The notes under the pieces are model-generated. The model was not told the origin of the DNA and made no database searches. It worked only from the letters and a program-made list of their open reading frames with translations. Positions 22,986 through 36,015 of a stretch of DNA of 64,000 bases are shown piece after piece. Position numbers and translations under genes: made by a program. The stretch lies in contig NC_092402.1 of assembly GCF_030028105.1 (NCBI RefSeq), positions 44,132,137-44,196,136 on the forward strand, written 5' to 3'. Each line of letters opens with the position of its first letter. The stretch's first letter is position 1. The DNA is from Mobula birostris. Taxonomy: Eukaryota.

Positions 22986-24544
22986 TAGTACTGAGTCTTG
23001 TCCATTTACGAAGATTAGTGTTTTACCTTCTATGTAGTAAAATACACCAAGATTTTTCATAAAAATACTATCAATCCAAATTTAGCACCAAGCCTCATTA
23101 GGATATTAAAACTTATCTTCCACTTGTCCTGTCTCTATGGTATCTTAATAGATATAAGATTGATTAATTGTAAATATTAATACCTCATCTGCCCATTATT
23201 GGAGACTTAAAATTCATCCCAGTAACCTTGTATTTCTCTTTCAACAGATACCATTTGACTGGTTGAGTTTTTAGTTCTTAGAAGTTTATAATACAATGAA
23301 ACTGGTCAGCTATCAACTACTTGTTTGGGCTTCACTTAACTCTTGGAAACAAGCAACAACCATAAAAGGTCAACAGCTTTGTTATTAGCTTGAAGGATGC
23401 AGACCATTCGACCCATTGAAGGCCTCCTGAGGAGGTCCCACTCCTCTAACCCTGCTGTATTTTCCCTTTGGATTGATAATCAATTCTCTATATCAGTTAC
23501 TGCTGGAAATCTCCCGTCACCCTTGCATTCAGATCAGCACAAGTCAGTGAATTTAAAGAAAAAATCCTCCTCATCCCCATCCCTGACCCTTTGAAGAATC
23601 TTGGACTTTGCACAAATTCAAGTGACGCAAAACCATGAACATCTGCTGAATCAGTAGAAAGTTTGTGTTGCATGAAGTGTTCTCCTTTGAAAGGCAAAAT
23701 CTGTCCTTCCCTGTATTCTTCTCTTACGAGCCCACAATAGATGAAAGAGTGGTAAGTGTCTTGAATAAAACCAGGTGGAGGAATGCTGGAGGTGAAACAG
23801 TAGGGAGGTTCAGAGTGGATCTAGCTACTGCAGGAAGCAGTTCCCCTGGCTTGATGGCCTCAGCCTCATCTTTGAGTCTTCTAATGCTCGGATTTCCTGA
23901 ACAGAGTTTACAAAGCCAATGAAAGCCAGCTCCAAAATATTTGATCATATCCTATGTTTGTTGTCTTAGATCCTTGTCAGGAAGGATGTTTAACCAGCTT
24001 GCTATTTTTCTGTCTTTGATGTTTTGTTCAATGCCATGACATCATTGTGTAAATTATACCAAAGAGAGAGAAAAAGTATTTTTGACATTTCCTTCCCATA
24101 ACTTTGATGTTTTTCTGTGGACTGATTTCTCTTTTGGTTCTTTACTCATCGTCCACGCCTGTGTCCTTTCCATGACTGTTGGCTAGCTAGTCAGCTGTAG
24201 GGGGAACCACATTCTGTCGGCTGAAGTTGATGAAAAACAATCAGTGCTCGAGAATCATGGAAGGAGAAGCAGACAGAGGCCATTTGCCTCATACCTGTTC
24301 TGAGACCTCAAGTTCTGTCTGATTCTTGTAATTTGGGAACAATAGAACATAGAGCATGAACAGTACAGCACAGGAACAGGCCCTTTGGCCCTAAATGTTA
24401 TACTAACTAATTAAGCAAATTAAATGACACCTAATCCCTTCCACCTGCACATGGTCCACATCCCTCCATTTTCTGCATAGTCACGTGCCTAATGAAGAAC
24501 CTCTTAAGCACCCATGATTTTCCCAGACTAATCCAGGAGTGGTG

Positions 24545-25203
24545 ATACTAACTGTAATGCTATGGCTAACATGCTGACTGAAGTGTCACGGGAGAAAATG
24601 GAACAACAGAAACAGTGGATCAGCTGTTGGAGGCTCTGTACTCGGTGAATTGCTCTCTCTCGTTGGTAAGTGAGAGATTGTTGCTGGTTCGCCAAGCGGA
24701 GAGCTCGGAAAAAAAAACGGTGCAACAGATTTTTAACACTGTAGTCAGCCGGTTGTTTTGTTATGTCTCCCCTCTCATTGTGAAAGGAGGCACCTCTTTT
24801 TCTCTTTATTGGGGGGGGGGTAGAGAGAGAGAAGGGGGAAGAGAAAAGAAGGTGGGGAGAGGGAGAGGGAGAGACTGAGGTATGTTGAATTGTCGGGTGA
24901 ACAATTAGTTTTTGTTGTACTGCAGATCATGGTCTTTCTTGGGGGCTTTGCTATTGCCTGCTTGGTGGGTGGAGGGTGCTGATGTTTTTTTGCGGAAGTT
25001 GGGGTGGGGGAGTGTCGTTGCTTTGCTGCTGCTTGTGTGTGGGGGGGAGGAGTACAGGGGGCTTTGGGGTTCAAACGTTTTAACTGTCACTCATTCTTTG
25101 GAGCACTCTTCAATTTTTGTGGATGTCTGCGAAGAATAAGAATTTCAGGATGTATATTGCATACAGTTCTCTGATATTAAATGGAAATATTGAAACTATT
25201 GAA
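24545..25203 (+). mobile_element. Unclassified non-autonomous retroposon with a LINE-type 3' tail
   Basis: No ORF. The 3' end 'aagaatttcaggatgtatattgcatac...attaaatggaaatattgaaactattgaa' resembles the Rex-type tails in this window. Confidence 0.5.
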
Positions 25204-26599
25204 ATGAGACGGGGTCGGGGGGGGGGATCTAAGAACCTCTGAGATAAGTTGATCCTGAAACACGGAGACACAAAGGAAGTGAAGATGTTGGAATCTGGAG
25301 CCACATGAATGTTCCTGGAGGAACTCAGTGGGTCAGGCAACATCTGTGGAGGGAAATGGGAAGCCGATGTTTTGGGTCGAGACCTGTCATTGGGGCTGGA
25401 CCAATCCAGATAAAGAGTCTTAACCTGACAAGTTGACTGTCCGTTTCAATCCACAGATGTTGTCTCATACATTGAGTTCTTTAATACCTTGTGTGTTTAT
25501 CATGAGATATATCAAATCACAGAACCCTACTAGATCTGTGCAGTAATATAATTGATTCAGCTTCAAATTCAGATTCAGTTATTGATCACATGTACATCAA
25601 AACATACAGTGAAATGCGCTGTTTGTGTTAACATCCAACACACCCAAGGATGTGCTGGGGCTGCCCGTAAGAGTCACCACACATTCCAGTGCCCACAATA
25701 TTCACAGAACAAAACAATCAACACAAGAACAACAAAACAACAACAGCAAAACAAGCCCCATTGCACCCTCCAACTGATCCACCCAATCACACACACACAG
25801 ACAGTCCTTCAGCTACAGGCCAAGCCAACGCCCTCAGCCTCCAATCTCCAGCAGACTCACAGACATTACGCCTTTGACATCCTCAGTGGACTTGCAGACT
25901 CTCAGACTCAGGGCTCCAGCTCAGGCCTCGACTTCTGGACTTCCAGTCGATCTTCGGGATTCAATGTTTGTTGTCAACTCCAGACTCGCTGATGACGATG
26001 AATGAAGAACCTGGATGCGGATCCCAAAATGCAGCCCATGAATGCTGGACTCTCCGATGACTGGGACACCAAACACTTGGATGCACATGTTCACCTCTGG
26101 GTTTTGGGCTTCTCATCCAGTAGCATCCTGTTGCTAGTTCCAAAAACCAGATTTTTGGGGTCATTGTTCAGGGACAAGTATCTTAAGATTTAGTCATGAA
26201 TAACAGAGGTCAAAACAAAATGTCTCGAAGTTTCAAAGTCAATCTTCAAAGCCATTAAAACACCAAGCTGAGAAGCGGAACACAGACTGCGCTTATAGTA
26301 GATGCATTAGAATCTGCAACAAGTAATCTCACACAGCTAGAAGAATGAGCTCTATCTATATTGGAGAAAACTTCACATTATTTGTAGCACGATGACATTT
26401 ATAGCTTCAAAGGAAATGTGAAATCCTGCAATTAAATTAAATGCTTGTGGTTTCTTGTTTATTGTGCAAATACCAGAATAGTTACAGGGCCAAGTTAGTG
26501 CTGGTTTTCATGCAGAACACAATATCCTAGAAAGCTTCCAAACACTGGAAGATCGAGTGTAAAAGGGAGAGCTACTGCACTGGGAATACTATTATCAGC

Positions 26600-27035
26600 T
26601 ATCATACTACCCAGTGTAGAGAAGTGCTATTTTGCAGAGGTAGTAGAATATATTTTGTATTCAGGCATGTTAACACCCAGTGCATATAAATGATGTTCAT
26701 GAGTTTGGTAAAACCCAGTGTACATGAGTGTTTTTTCACAGGTACCTTAATAATCACTGTATAATTGTTGATTTCATGTTCTGAACTACCTAGTGCACAG
26801 GAATGTTGCTTTCTGATATTATAATTCCTAGCGTCCACCATTGTCATTTTCGGGTGCTGTAATAATTACTTTATATGTGTGTATCATACTACACAGTGTA
26901 CTGTATATGATAAGCTTTATCTTTGGTATTGTAAGGTGAGTATTGCTTTCAGGTATCATGATATCCAGGGCGTACGAGTGCTCCTTTCGGGTAGGGTAAT
27001 ATCCAGTGTATATCGGTGGCTGTTTTCAAGTGCAC
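26600..27035. repeat. Degenerate tandem array with a period of about 37-38 bp
   Basis: cccagtg-like anchors at 26610, 26676, 26714, 26753, 26789, 26827, 26892, 26964 and 27002. Confidence 0.55.
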
Positions 27036-27794
27036 TCATTTCCAATGAAGCACATTCTAGTACTCTGAAATCTCAAGTTACACACCACCCATTTCATGCT
27101 AAAATTGACATGAAGTTGTCTTCCTAACACTGAATATTCCTGAGCTGCAAGAGGAACTCCAAACTTCATGTACCAGGTCCCATTTGCTGGTGGATCACAC
27201 ACTTGACAGGCGGCAGTATGTGAGACTGGGCAAGCACCCAATATCCTCTCACAAAATACAAGTCTACGGCGAACCGTCAGGTCAGCGGAGAAGGTCATTG
27301 GCTGCAGTCTACCATCACTGCAGGACTTGTATGTGTCCAGGACAAAGAATAAAATCATTGCAGACACTACCCGCCCAGCAAACTACCTTTTGCAAAAGCT
27401 CTCTTCTGGAAAGTGCTAAAGGGTTATTAAAAAAACTTCATGCTATCACAGAAGTTTTATCTGCCAGGCAGTTAATCTGATCAATCATTCTAGTTAGTCC
27501 ACATCTCTATCAGTCAATGCACTGTATGCACATTTTATTCCATACCTGTACTTCTATTTTTATATAATTCTTTATTCTGTATAATTGCTGAATTTAAAAA
27601 AAAATTTATTGTATGTAGCGCCAACACACCACAGCAAATTTCTAATACACGTGAACGTATATGGTGAATAAAGTTAATCTGTGACGCTTGAGTTTCCAGC
27701 TGAAATGTGTTGCATTTGCCAAACCAAAGCATATAGGACTGGATCCAGATGACCATTCCCTGAGCCACCTTCCAAAAACCAAGCAGAATTTGCT

Positions 27795-28325
27795 TTAGAA
27801 AAATAGAAAACCTACAGCACAATACAGGCCCTTTGGCCCACATTGCTGTCCCGAACATGTACTTACTTTAGAAGTTACCTAGGGTTACCCATAGCCCTCT
27901 ATCTTTCTAAGCTCCGTGTACCTACCCAGAAGTCTCTTAAAAAGACCCTATCGTTTCCACCCCCACCGCCGTTGCCGGCAGCCCATTCCACGCACTTACC
28001 ACTCTGTATAAAAAACTTACCCCTGACATCTCCTCTGTACCTACTTCCAAGCACCTTAAGACTGCCCTCTTGTGCTAGCCATTTCAGCCCTGGGAAAAAG
28101 CCTCTGACTATCCATACGATCAATGCCTCTCATTATCTTGTACACCTCTATCAGGTCACCTCTCATCCTCCATCGCTCAACCTATTCTCATAAGACATGC
28201 TCCCCAATCCAGGCAACATCCTTGCAAATCTCCCCTGCACCCTTTCTATAGTTTCCACATTCTTCCTGTAGTGAGGTGACCGCAATTGAGCTCAGTACTC
28301 CAAGTGGGGTCTGACCAGGGTCTTT
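27795..28325 (-). mobile_element. CR1 3' fragment
   Basis: Reverse CR1 tail 'acctacagcacaatacaggccctttggccc' and ORF2 C-terminal remnant ending near 'gtactccaagtggggtctgacc'. Confidence 0.85.
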
Positions 28326-28849
28326 TAGATTGGTTAACCAAGGCAAATTAAATAGACCATCCTCGACCTGAGAGTTAGCCTAAGAAAAAGGGTAATTAAG
28401 AAATAATCAGCAAGAGCATTGAATTCTCTACTGTTTCTTCCCTCATGCACTGCATCTCTACTTATGTACAGTTTTATAGGTGGCAACATCCCTCTGGTTC
28501 TTTGCTCAGCCGCCCATGGTTCAGTTTCCTGTCCAGTGTATTCATTTATTGCACCATGGTGTAACTGAAGCACCTTTGTATTCTGTCCTTTGCCAGCATT
28601 TTGGTATACCTGATCCACAGCAGAAGCCACCTCTTGCCGGAACCAAGATCAGAAGCTGATATTTGCACGGTTTCACTGGGCGTCACTTGATGGCTCTCTT
28701 TCCCTGACTACCCAAAGCATTCTCCTCTACCCCCATCTCTTTCATCAGACTTTGGATCTTGATTGGCTAATTAAACACGTCAAGAGGCTGGATCATGCTG
28801 AAGTTGCAGTAAATCCTAGACTTCTACACACACACACACACACACACAG

Positions 28850-29330
28850 AGGAAATTAAACACCTCAGCACTGTACAGGCACTCTGACCAACAATGCTGT
28901 GCTGACCTTTTAATGCACAATATAACCCTTCCCCGCTACATAGCCCTCCCCCTCCATTTTTTTCATCACCCCTGTGCCTACCTAAGAGTTTCTTAAATGT
29001 CCTTAATGTACCTGCCTCTAGCACCACCCCTGGAAGAGCATTCCACGCACCTACCACTCTGTGTAAAAAACTTATGTCTGACATCCCCCTATACTTTACT
29101 CCAGTCACCTTAAATTTATGCCCCCCTCGTATTAGCTATTTCTGCCCTGAGAACAAATCTCTAGCTAGCCTCTCTATCTATGCCTCTCATTATCTTGTAC
29201 ACCTCTATCAAGTCACCTCTCATTCTCCTTCACTCCAAAGAGAAAAGCCCAAGCTCGCTCAACCTTTCCTCATATGATGTGCTCCCTAATCCAGTCAGCA
29301 TCTTGGTAAATCTCCTTTGCACCCTCAAGA
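28850..29330 (-). mobile_element. CR1 3' fragment
   Basis: ORF 28824-29108 contains RVVGAWNALPG and FKKLL. Confidence 0.8.
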
Positions 29331-29688
29331 AACATTGAAGTCTGTTTCTACTAGCGGATTCTGATGACTAAATCTGTTTGTTTTGGAGACGGGTTCTCCA
29401 CGGAATTGAGCCATCGAGCCCAATCTTACTGTAATCAGGCCCAGAGCAGATCTGAGGGCCTCACTGACTTCAATGGAAATTGTCAGGAAAAGAATTAGTA
29501 GGCAAAGTTAAATTACCTTCTTTTAATTTCTTTTGCCTTTGTTGAATATTTTAATTACCGGTGGGTTTTTAAGTATTCTTACTTGATTTTTAAAATGTGG
29601 TTGTATTTATTTACTTCAAAGCTAGTAATTTTTAACTGCCTCACTACCTCTCCCAGTCTTGCTCAAAGGATGTCAGGAGTTCCCTGTA

Positions 29689-29841
29689 CAGTCGACCTCC
29701 ACTAATCCGACTACCTGTAATCCGGTTCCTTTGATAATCCGGCACTGATTATGCTTAATGTGATCCTTCTGTAATTCGGCATTTTCACTAATCCGGCACT
29801 CCTCAGGTCCCAGTGGTGCCGGATTAGTGAAGGTCGATCTG
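29689..29841. mobile_element. Tigger/pogo-type MITE (153 bp)
   Basis: TA on both flanks, TIRs CAGTCGACCTCCACTAATCCG / CGGATTAGTGAAGGTCGATCTG, and repeated internal taatccgg motifs. Confidence 0.85.
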
Positions 29842-30279
29842 TATTTGGACTGACCTGCCTGAGTCCTATTGCCATTGGTACCATACTGCCAGGCTGTGGA
29901 AGGCCAGTGGTATTGGGTCTTCTCTCTGGACTAGGGGAGCGTGGCAGTCATGAACCACATGCAGCAGTACTGGGTAGGGACACTGGGTTAGCACCATCTG
30001 GTTTAGTGCTTTGCAACAGGGTCTTAGACCATAAGACATAAGAGCAAATTAGGCCATTCAGCCCATCAAGTCTGTTCTGCCTTTCAAACATGGCTGATTT
30101 ATTATTCCTCTCAACCCCACTCTCCTGCCTTCTCCCCGTAATCTTTTACGTCCTTACTAATCACAAATCTATTATCTCCACTTTAAATATATCCAGTAAC
30201 TTGTCTTCCACAGCTGTCTGTGGCAATGAATTCCTCAGATTCACCACCTTCTTGCTATCTTTGTCTGTTTGACTCAGTG

Positions 30280-33008
30280 GTACAAGTTTTACATTGATCT
30301 GCACAACCTCGTACGGAACGCCCCTGCAGACGACAAGGTCTTCACCCTTGGCGACTTCAATGCCAGAGTAGGCCAGGGTTCAGAAGCCTGGAAAGGAGTA
30401 CTTGGCAAACATGGTGTTGGAAACTGCAACGATAACGGGCGCCTTCTGTTAGAGTTTTGCACGGAGCAGCATCTCACCATCACTAACATCATTTTCCAGC
30501 AGAAAGACAGTCTGAAGACAACCCAGATGCATCCTCGGTCCAAGCATTGGCACCTCACAGACTACATCTTGGTGCGCCAGAGAGACCTTTGGGACGCCTT
30601 ACTCACCCAAGTGATACCCAGCGCAGAGTGTCATACGGACCATCGTCTTGTCCGCTGCAAACTCAGTCTTCATTTCAAACCCAAGCCAAAGACAGGAGGT
30701 GCTCCAAGGAAGAAGTTTCAGGTTGGCAACCTCCAGTCAGCTGAATTGAAAGCTGACCTTCAGACGAATCTTCAGTCGAGGCTTCAGGATCTCAGTTTCC
30801 CCACAGACTCCTCTCCAGAAGTGCTTTGGGAACACCTAAAAACCACCATCCTGTAAACCTCTGAAGTCCTAGGGTTTTCCACAAAGGAAAACAAGGACTG
30901 GTTCGATGAAAACAACCAGGAGATCCAAGGATTGCTGGCGAAGAGGAGATCCGCCCACCAGGCGCACCTTGCTCAGCCATCTTGTCCTGATTAGAAATCA
31001 GCCTTCCGCCTTGTATGCAGCAACCTCCAGCGCAAGTTTTGAGAGATTCAGAACGTGTGGTGGACCAACCTCGCAAAGAGAACTCAGCTTTGCGCAGACA
31101 CCGGTGACTATAGAGGGTTTTATGAAGCTCTGAGAGCGGTGTATGGCCCTTCGCACCAGGTCCAGAGTCCATTGCGTAGTGCAGACAGTCAGGTGCTCTT
31201 CACAGACGAGGCGTCCATCCCGAACCGGTGGTCAGAACATTTCCAGACTCCCTTCAGCGCCAACTGCATGGTCCAAGACTCAGCAATTCATCGTACCCCA
31301 CAACAGCCAGAGAAAACAGAACCGGACAAGATTCCAACCCTAGAAGAGACAGTAAAGGCCATAGAGCAACTGAAAAGTGGCAAGGCAGCGGGAGTTGATG
31401 GAATCCCACCTGAGATTTGGAAGCATGGGGGCCCAGCGTTACACATCAAACTCCAGGAGTTCTTTGTTTGCTGCTGGGAACAAGGTAAACGACCACAGGA
31501 CCTCCGTGATGCAGTCATCATCGCCCTGTATAAGAACAAGGGGGAAAAGTCCGACTGCTCCAACTACTGGGGGATAGCTCTTCTCTCTATCACAGGAAAA
31601 ATCCTCGCAAGAGTACTCCTGAACAGACTGGTGCCCATCATTACAGAAGAACACCTCCCAGAGAGCCAGTGTGGCTTCAGAGCCAACAGGAGCACCACCG
31701 ACATGATATTTGTTCTCAGGCAACTCCAAGAGAAACGTAGGGAACAGAACAAAGGATTGTACGTGACATTTGTCGACCTTACCAAAGCGTTCGACACCGT
31801 GAGCAGGGAAGGTCTGTGGCAAATCATGGAACGACTAGGATGCCCCCCAAAGTTCCTCAGCATGGTCATCCAGCTACATGAGGATCAGCGTGGCCAAGTC
31901 AGACACAACAATGACCTCTCAGAACCCTTCCCAATAGGCAACGGAATAAAGCAAGGCTGCGTCCTCGCGCCGACTCTCTTCACCATCTTCTTCAGCATGA
32001 TGCTCGAAAGGGCCATAGAAGACCTTGATGACGAGGACAGTGTCTACATCCAATACCACACTGATGGCAGCCTGTTCAACCTGAGGCGACTACAGTTCCA
32101 CACCAAGACATTGGAGCAACTCATCCGAGAGCTACTCTTCGCCGACGATGCTGCCCTTATTGTCCACACAGAGACAGCCCTGCAGCGTAAAACATCCAGC
32201 TTCGCAGAGGCTGCCGAGCTCTTCGGACTGGAAGTCAGCTTGAAGAAGACAGAAGTTCTTCATCAGCCCGCACCTCAGGAAGATTACCATCCTGTCAGAT
32301 GCCAAGATCGACAAAGAGACTGACAACAGACTGGCAAAGGCAAACAGCGCATTCGGCAGGCTGTACAAAAGAGTCTGGAACAACAAGCATTTGAAGAAAG
32401 GCACAAAGATCAGCGTGTACAGAGCCGTAATACTGACCACCCTCCTGTACGGCTCTGAGTCGTGGGGACTCAACATCCACTGGAGTGACTTCGTCACCAA
32501 CATCGAAGTCCTCAAACAGGCGGAGGTCACCAGCATGGAGGCCATGCTGTTGAAGACACAGCTGCGCTGGGCAGGGCATGTCTCTAGGACGGATGATCAT
32601 CGCCTGCCCAAGATTGTGCTGTATGGCGAACTCTTCACTAGCCACCATGACAGAGGGCACCGAAGAAGAGGTACAAGGACTCTCTGAAGAAATCCCTTGG
32701 TGCTTGTCATATTGACAATCGCCGGTGGTCTAATCTAGCCTCCGATCGTGAGGCCTGGCGACACACCATTCACCAGTCTGTCTCCTCCTTCGAGAACGCA
32801 CGCAGGGTTGGCATTGAGGACAAAAGGAGAAGGAGGAAGAACTGTGACACAGCAACACCAAACCCAGAACAGAATTTCCCTTGCAGCCACTGTGACCGGG
32901 CCTGCCTGTCCTGTATTGGCCTAGTCAGCCACCAGCGAGCCTGCAGCAGATGTGGGCAGCCCCCTTCCTAAACCTTCATTCCCGAAGCCAAGCCATGATG
33001 ATGATGAC
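30280..33008 (+). mobile_element. RTE/BovB-type LINE, 5'-truncated, with an endonuclease-RT pseudogene
   Basis: APE motifs GDFNARVG, NDNGRLLLEFC and TDHRLV. RT ORF 31055-32323 has GKAAGVDGIPPE, FVDLTKAFDTV, GIKQGCVLAPTLF and LFADD. C-terminal QLRWAGHV and a C2H2-like end precede a (TGA)n tail. Stops and deletions are present. Confidence 0.95.
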
Positions 33009-34149
33009 ATATTCACAGAGGGATAATTATCCATTGGGAAAATCCACATAATATTTTTTCATATTTTCTTAATGAATATTGAAACATTATAATGTACAAA
33101 CAGATACAGTGAATTTGAAGAAGATAATACTTAAAATAAATTCAGATGCCCATAGAGAATTTTGAAACACGTACAAGTATATTTCGCAAGCCAGGCAGCA
33201 TCTGTGGAGAGAAAACCACATTTACTATTTCAGGTCCATCAAATTTCCTCAGAAGGTTTCAAGCTGATGAGCTTTCACCTTGATGAGAGCTCACTGAAAA
33301 TTTAACAGCGTTTCTCCCTCCACAGACGCTGCCAGTCCTGCTGAACATTTCCAGTGTTTTAAGTTCTTATTTCAGATTTCCAGCATCTTCCATTTTTTTC
33401 TGCTTTTCATTTTCATCTGACAAATATCCTCTTCTTCCACCTCACTTATCCCTCCCCCACCCTCATCTCATCTCTTTTCTTTATTCACTATTTGCCATGT
33501 CTTCAGACTGCTTTCCAGCCAAACATTCACAAACAAGACAGGTAATTAGACCAACAGAATGTAAATGGATCATTGAATAACTGTACTTGGCTGAGAGATG
33601 GTAAAGGAATTTTCAGGACATGAAGAAAATATTGCAGTTCTTTGAGCATGGCCTAATGGTTACGGTTTAACAGTGAGTTTGCATTGCCTTTTCTCACTTA
33701 TCTGACTAAAATAATCATTTCACATATCCCTGCATTAAATTTCATCTGACTTGCATCTCTCCATTTCACTCTGCCTACTTCTTTGAGTTTATTTTGTCAA
33801 CACACCATGGCTGCCAGTTTTACTTATGAGTTAACTTCAGGGCACTCTATCAGAAGCAGTTGCAAAGTCATATTCACTTCATCAACCACAGTTCCCTATG
33901 TCAACCCTCTTTGTGGCTTCATCAAAGAACTCAATCAAAAATTATTTGCAGTAAACCAATCTGATTTGGCTTTCAAGAACTGAATCAAAAGTTGACTAAG
34001 CCACAGAAATAGGCTGTCCCTTCAATTCCGTCACCATTCTCCCCAACAATAGATTTCTGAATGGGCCATAAACTCAAACACTACCTCACTGTTTTTCTCT
34101 TTTTTGCATGAAATACTTACTTCTAAAAAATATTTCTTATTGTAACTTA

Positions 34150-34710
34150 TGCACACAGTGGCCACTTTACTAGGTACACCTACTTATTAATGCAAATATC
34201 TAATAAGCCAATCATATGGCAGCAACTCAATGCATAAAAGCATGCAGACATGGTCAAGAGGTTCAGTTGCTGTCCAGACCAAACATCAGAGAGGGAAGAA
34301 ATGTGATCTAAGTGACTTTGACCATGGAAAGATTGTTGGTGTCAGATGGGGTGGTTTGAGTATCTCAGAAACTGCTGATCTCCTGGGATTTTCATGCACA
34401 ACAGTCTTGAGAGTATGCAGAGAATGCTGTGTTAAACGAAAAATATCCAGTGAGTGGCAGTTCTGTGGGTGAAAACGCCTTGTTAATGAGAGAAATCAGA
34501 GGAGAATGGCCAGACTGACTCAAGCTGACAGGAAGGTGACAGTAACTCAAATAACCACGTGTTACAACAGTGGTGTGCAGAAGAGCATCTCTGAATGCAC
34601 AACACATTGACCCTCGAAGTGGATGTACTACAGCAAAAGAAGACCATGAATGTACACTCATTGGCCACTTTAGGTACCTCCTGTACCTAATAAAGTGGCC
34701 AATGAATGTG
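34150..34710 (+). mobile_element. Non-autonomous Tc1-like transposon
   Basis: Same TIRs as 22046-22985. ORF 34230-34472 contains KKCDLSDFDHGKIVG...SISETADLLGFS. Confidence 0.88.
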
Positions 34711-35950
34711 CGTTCATGGTCTATATATGAAATAGTCTATGTACATAGATTGTCATGGTCTATGGTCTCTCTCTCACTCTCTCATATATAATTATAATTT
34801 ATAGTATGTGTATGGCATTATACTTCTGCCACAAATTAACACATTTCACATCATAGATTAGTGATAGTAAACATAATCCTTATTTTGATTTTGATTCTGA
34901 TTCTAGACCAACCCATAATAAAGCAATAATGGCCAGGTTATCTTTTTCAGTAATTCCAACTGAGGAATAAATACTGGCCAGGATACCAGGGATAAATTAC
35001 CTGCTCTTCTTCATTGTTGGACCATGGGATAACATCTAGCAAAAGAGTAAATCATTTAGTATCTCATCCAAAGGACCCTGTTGCTGTATTTGGACTCACA
35101 GGCCAGTTCATGCTTGAGGAAACAATTATTTCAGGGAAACATCACCTTTGACAGCGTATTGTGTTTATCTACAATTTCTTGCTCTCTGGGTTCTTTCTAG
35201 AACTAAAGGCCAACTATTTTATTTATTGAGATACAGTGTGGAACAGGCCCTTCTGGCCCTTTGAGTCTTGCCGGCTAGCAACCCCCTAATTTGATCCCAG
35301 GCTAATCACGGGACAATTTACAATCTTTGGACCGTGGGAGGAAACAGGAGCACCTGGAGGAAACCCACGCAGTCACGGGGAGAATGTACAAACTCCTTAC
35401 AGATAGTGGTGGGGTTTATAAAGTCATCACTCAGTATCCAGCTAAACATGGATTTACTCAATGTCTACAGGTTTTGTTTTGAATAAAATAAGGAAAGAAA
35501 GAGATGAGTTTTCCAGCTTGCTTATTTATGATGTAAGCAAATAGAACGGTGTGCTTGGACAAGCCATATCCCATAGATAGGAGTGAGTTTATTCATAAAT
35601 TAATTAGTTTTTTTGTAGTGTTGAATCTGAGAATAATTTCAGCTAAGAAACTGAAATAGTGTCTGACTGACTTAACATCCAATTTGCTGACCCTGTAAAG
35701 CTTTCCTCCCCGTTTTGAGTGGGATTCATTGAGATGATTCCTGATCAGGCCTGAAAAGTGATGGTTACAATGCACTGAGAGGCAGGTCTCAAAGTCATAG
35801 TTTGCTCCTTTACACAAAAAATGGATTACTCTCAGTTATTCCAACGTCCTTTGCTCCAACACTGATTTATCACGCCCCCCCCCACCCCCAATACGCTGCA
35901 CTGTGCAGCAAGCAGGCCCCCTTTCTTCTGAATCTTGGAAGTGTCATTAC

Positions 35951-36015
35951 CTGACATGCTGGTGGATTTCATGGAGGACTGGCTGTTCTTCCGCTTTTTC
36001 TTCCCATCAGGCCAC
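35951..36015 (-). CDS. THRA: THRA coding exon for the A/B domain with the basic NLS (65 bp)
   Basis: ctttccattgcag|G TGG CCT GAT GGG AAG AAA AAG CGG AAG AAC... translates to WPDGKKKRKNSQSSMKSTSMS(G), then |gtaat. It matches the vertebrate TR-alpha WPDGKRKRKNSQ..SMSG segment, and its phase-1 end fits the next exon (G+GG = Gly). Confidence 0.93.

Noticed and set aside
26600-27035. CRISPR-like repeat-spacer array
   Set aside because: The DNA is eukaryotic, the units are degenerate throughout with no identical repeats separated by unique spacers, and there are no cas genes.
31055-32323. 422-aa ORF as a host gene or active RT
   Set aside because: It is part of an RTE LINE with upstream stops, 5' truncation and downstream deletions, so it is not an intact element or gene.
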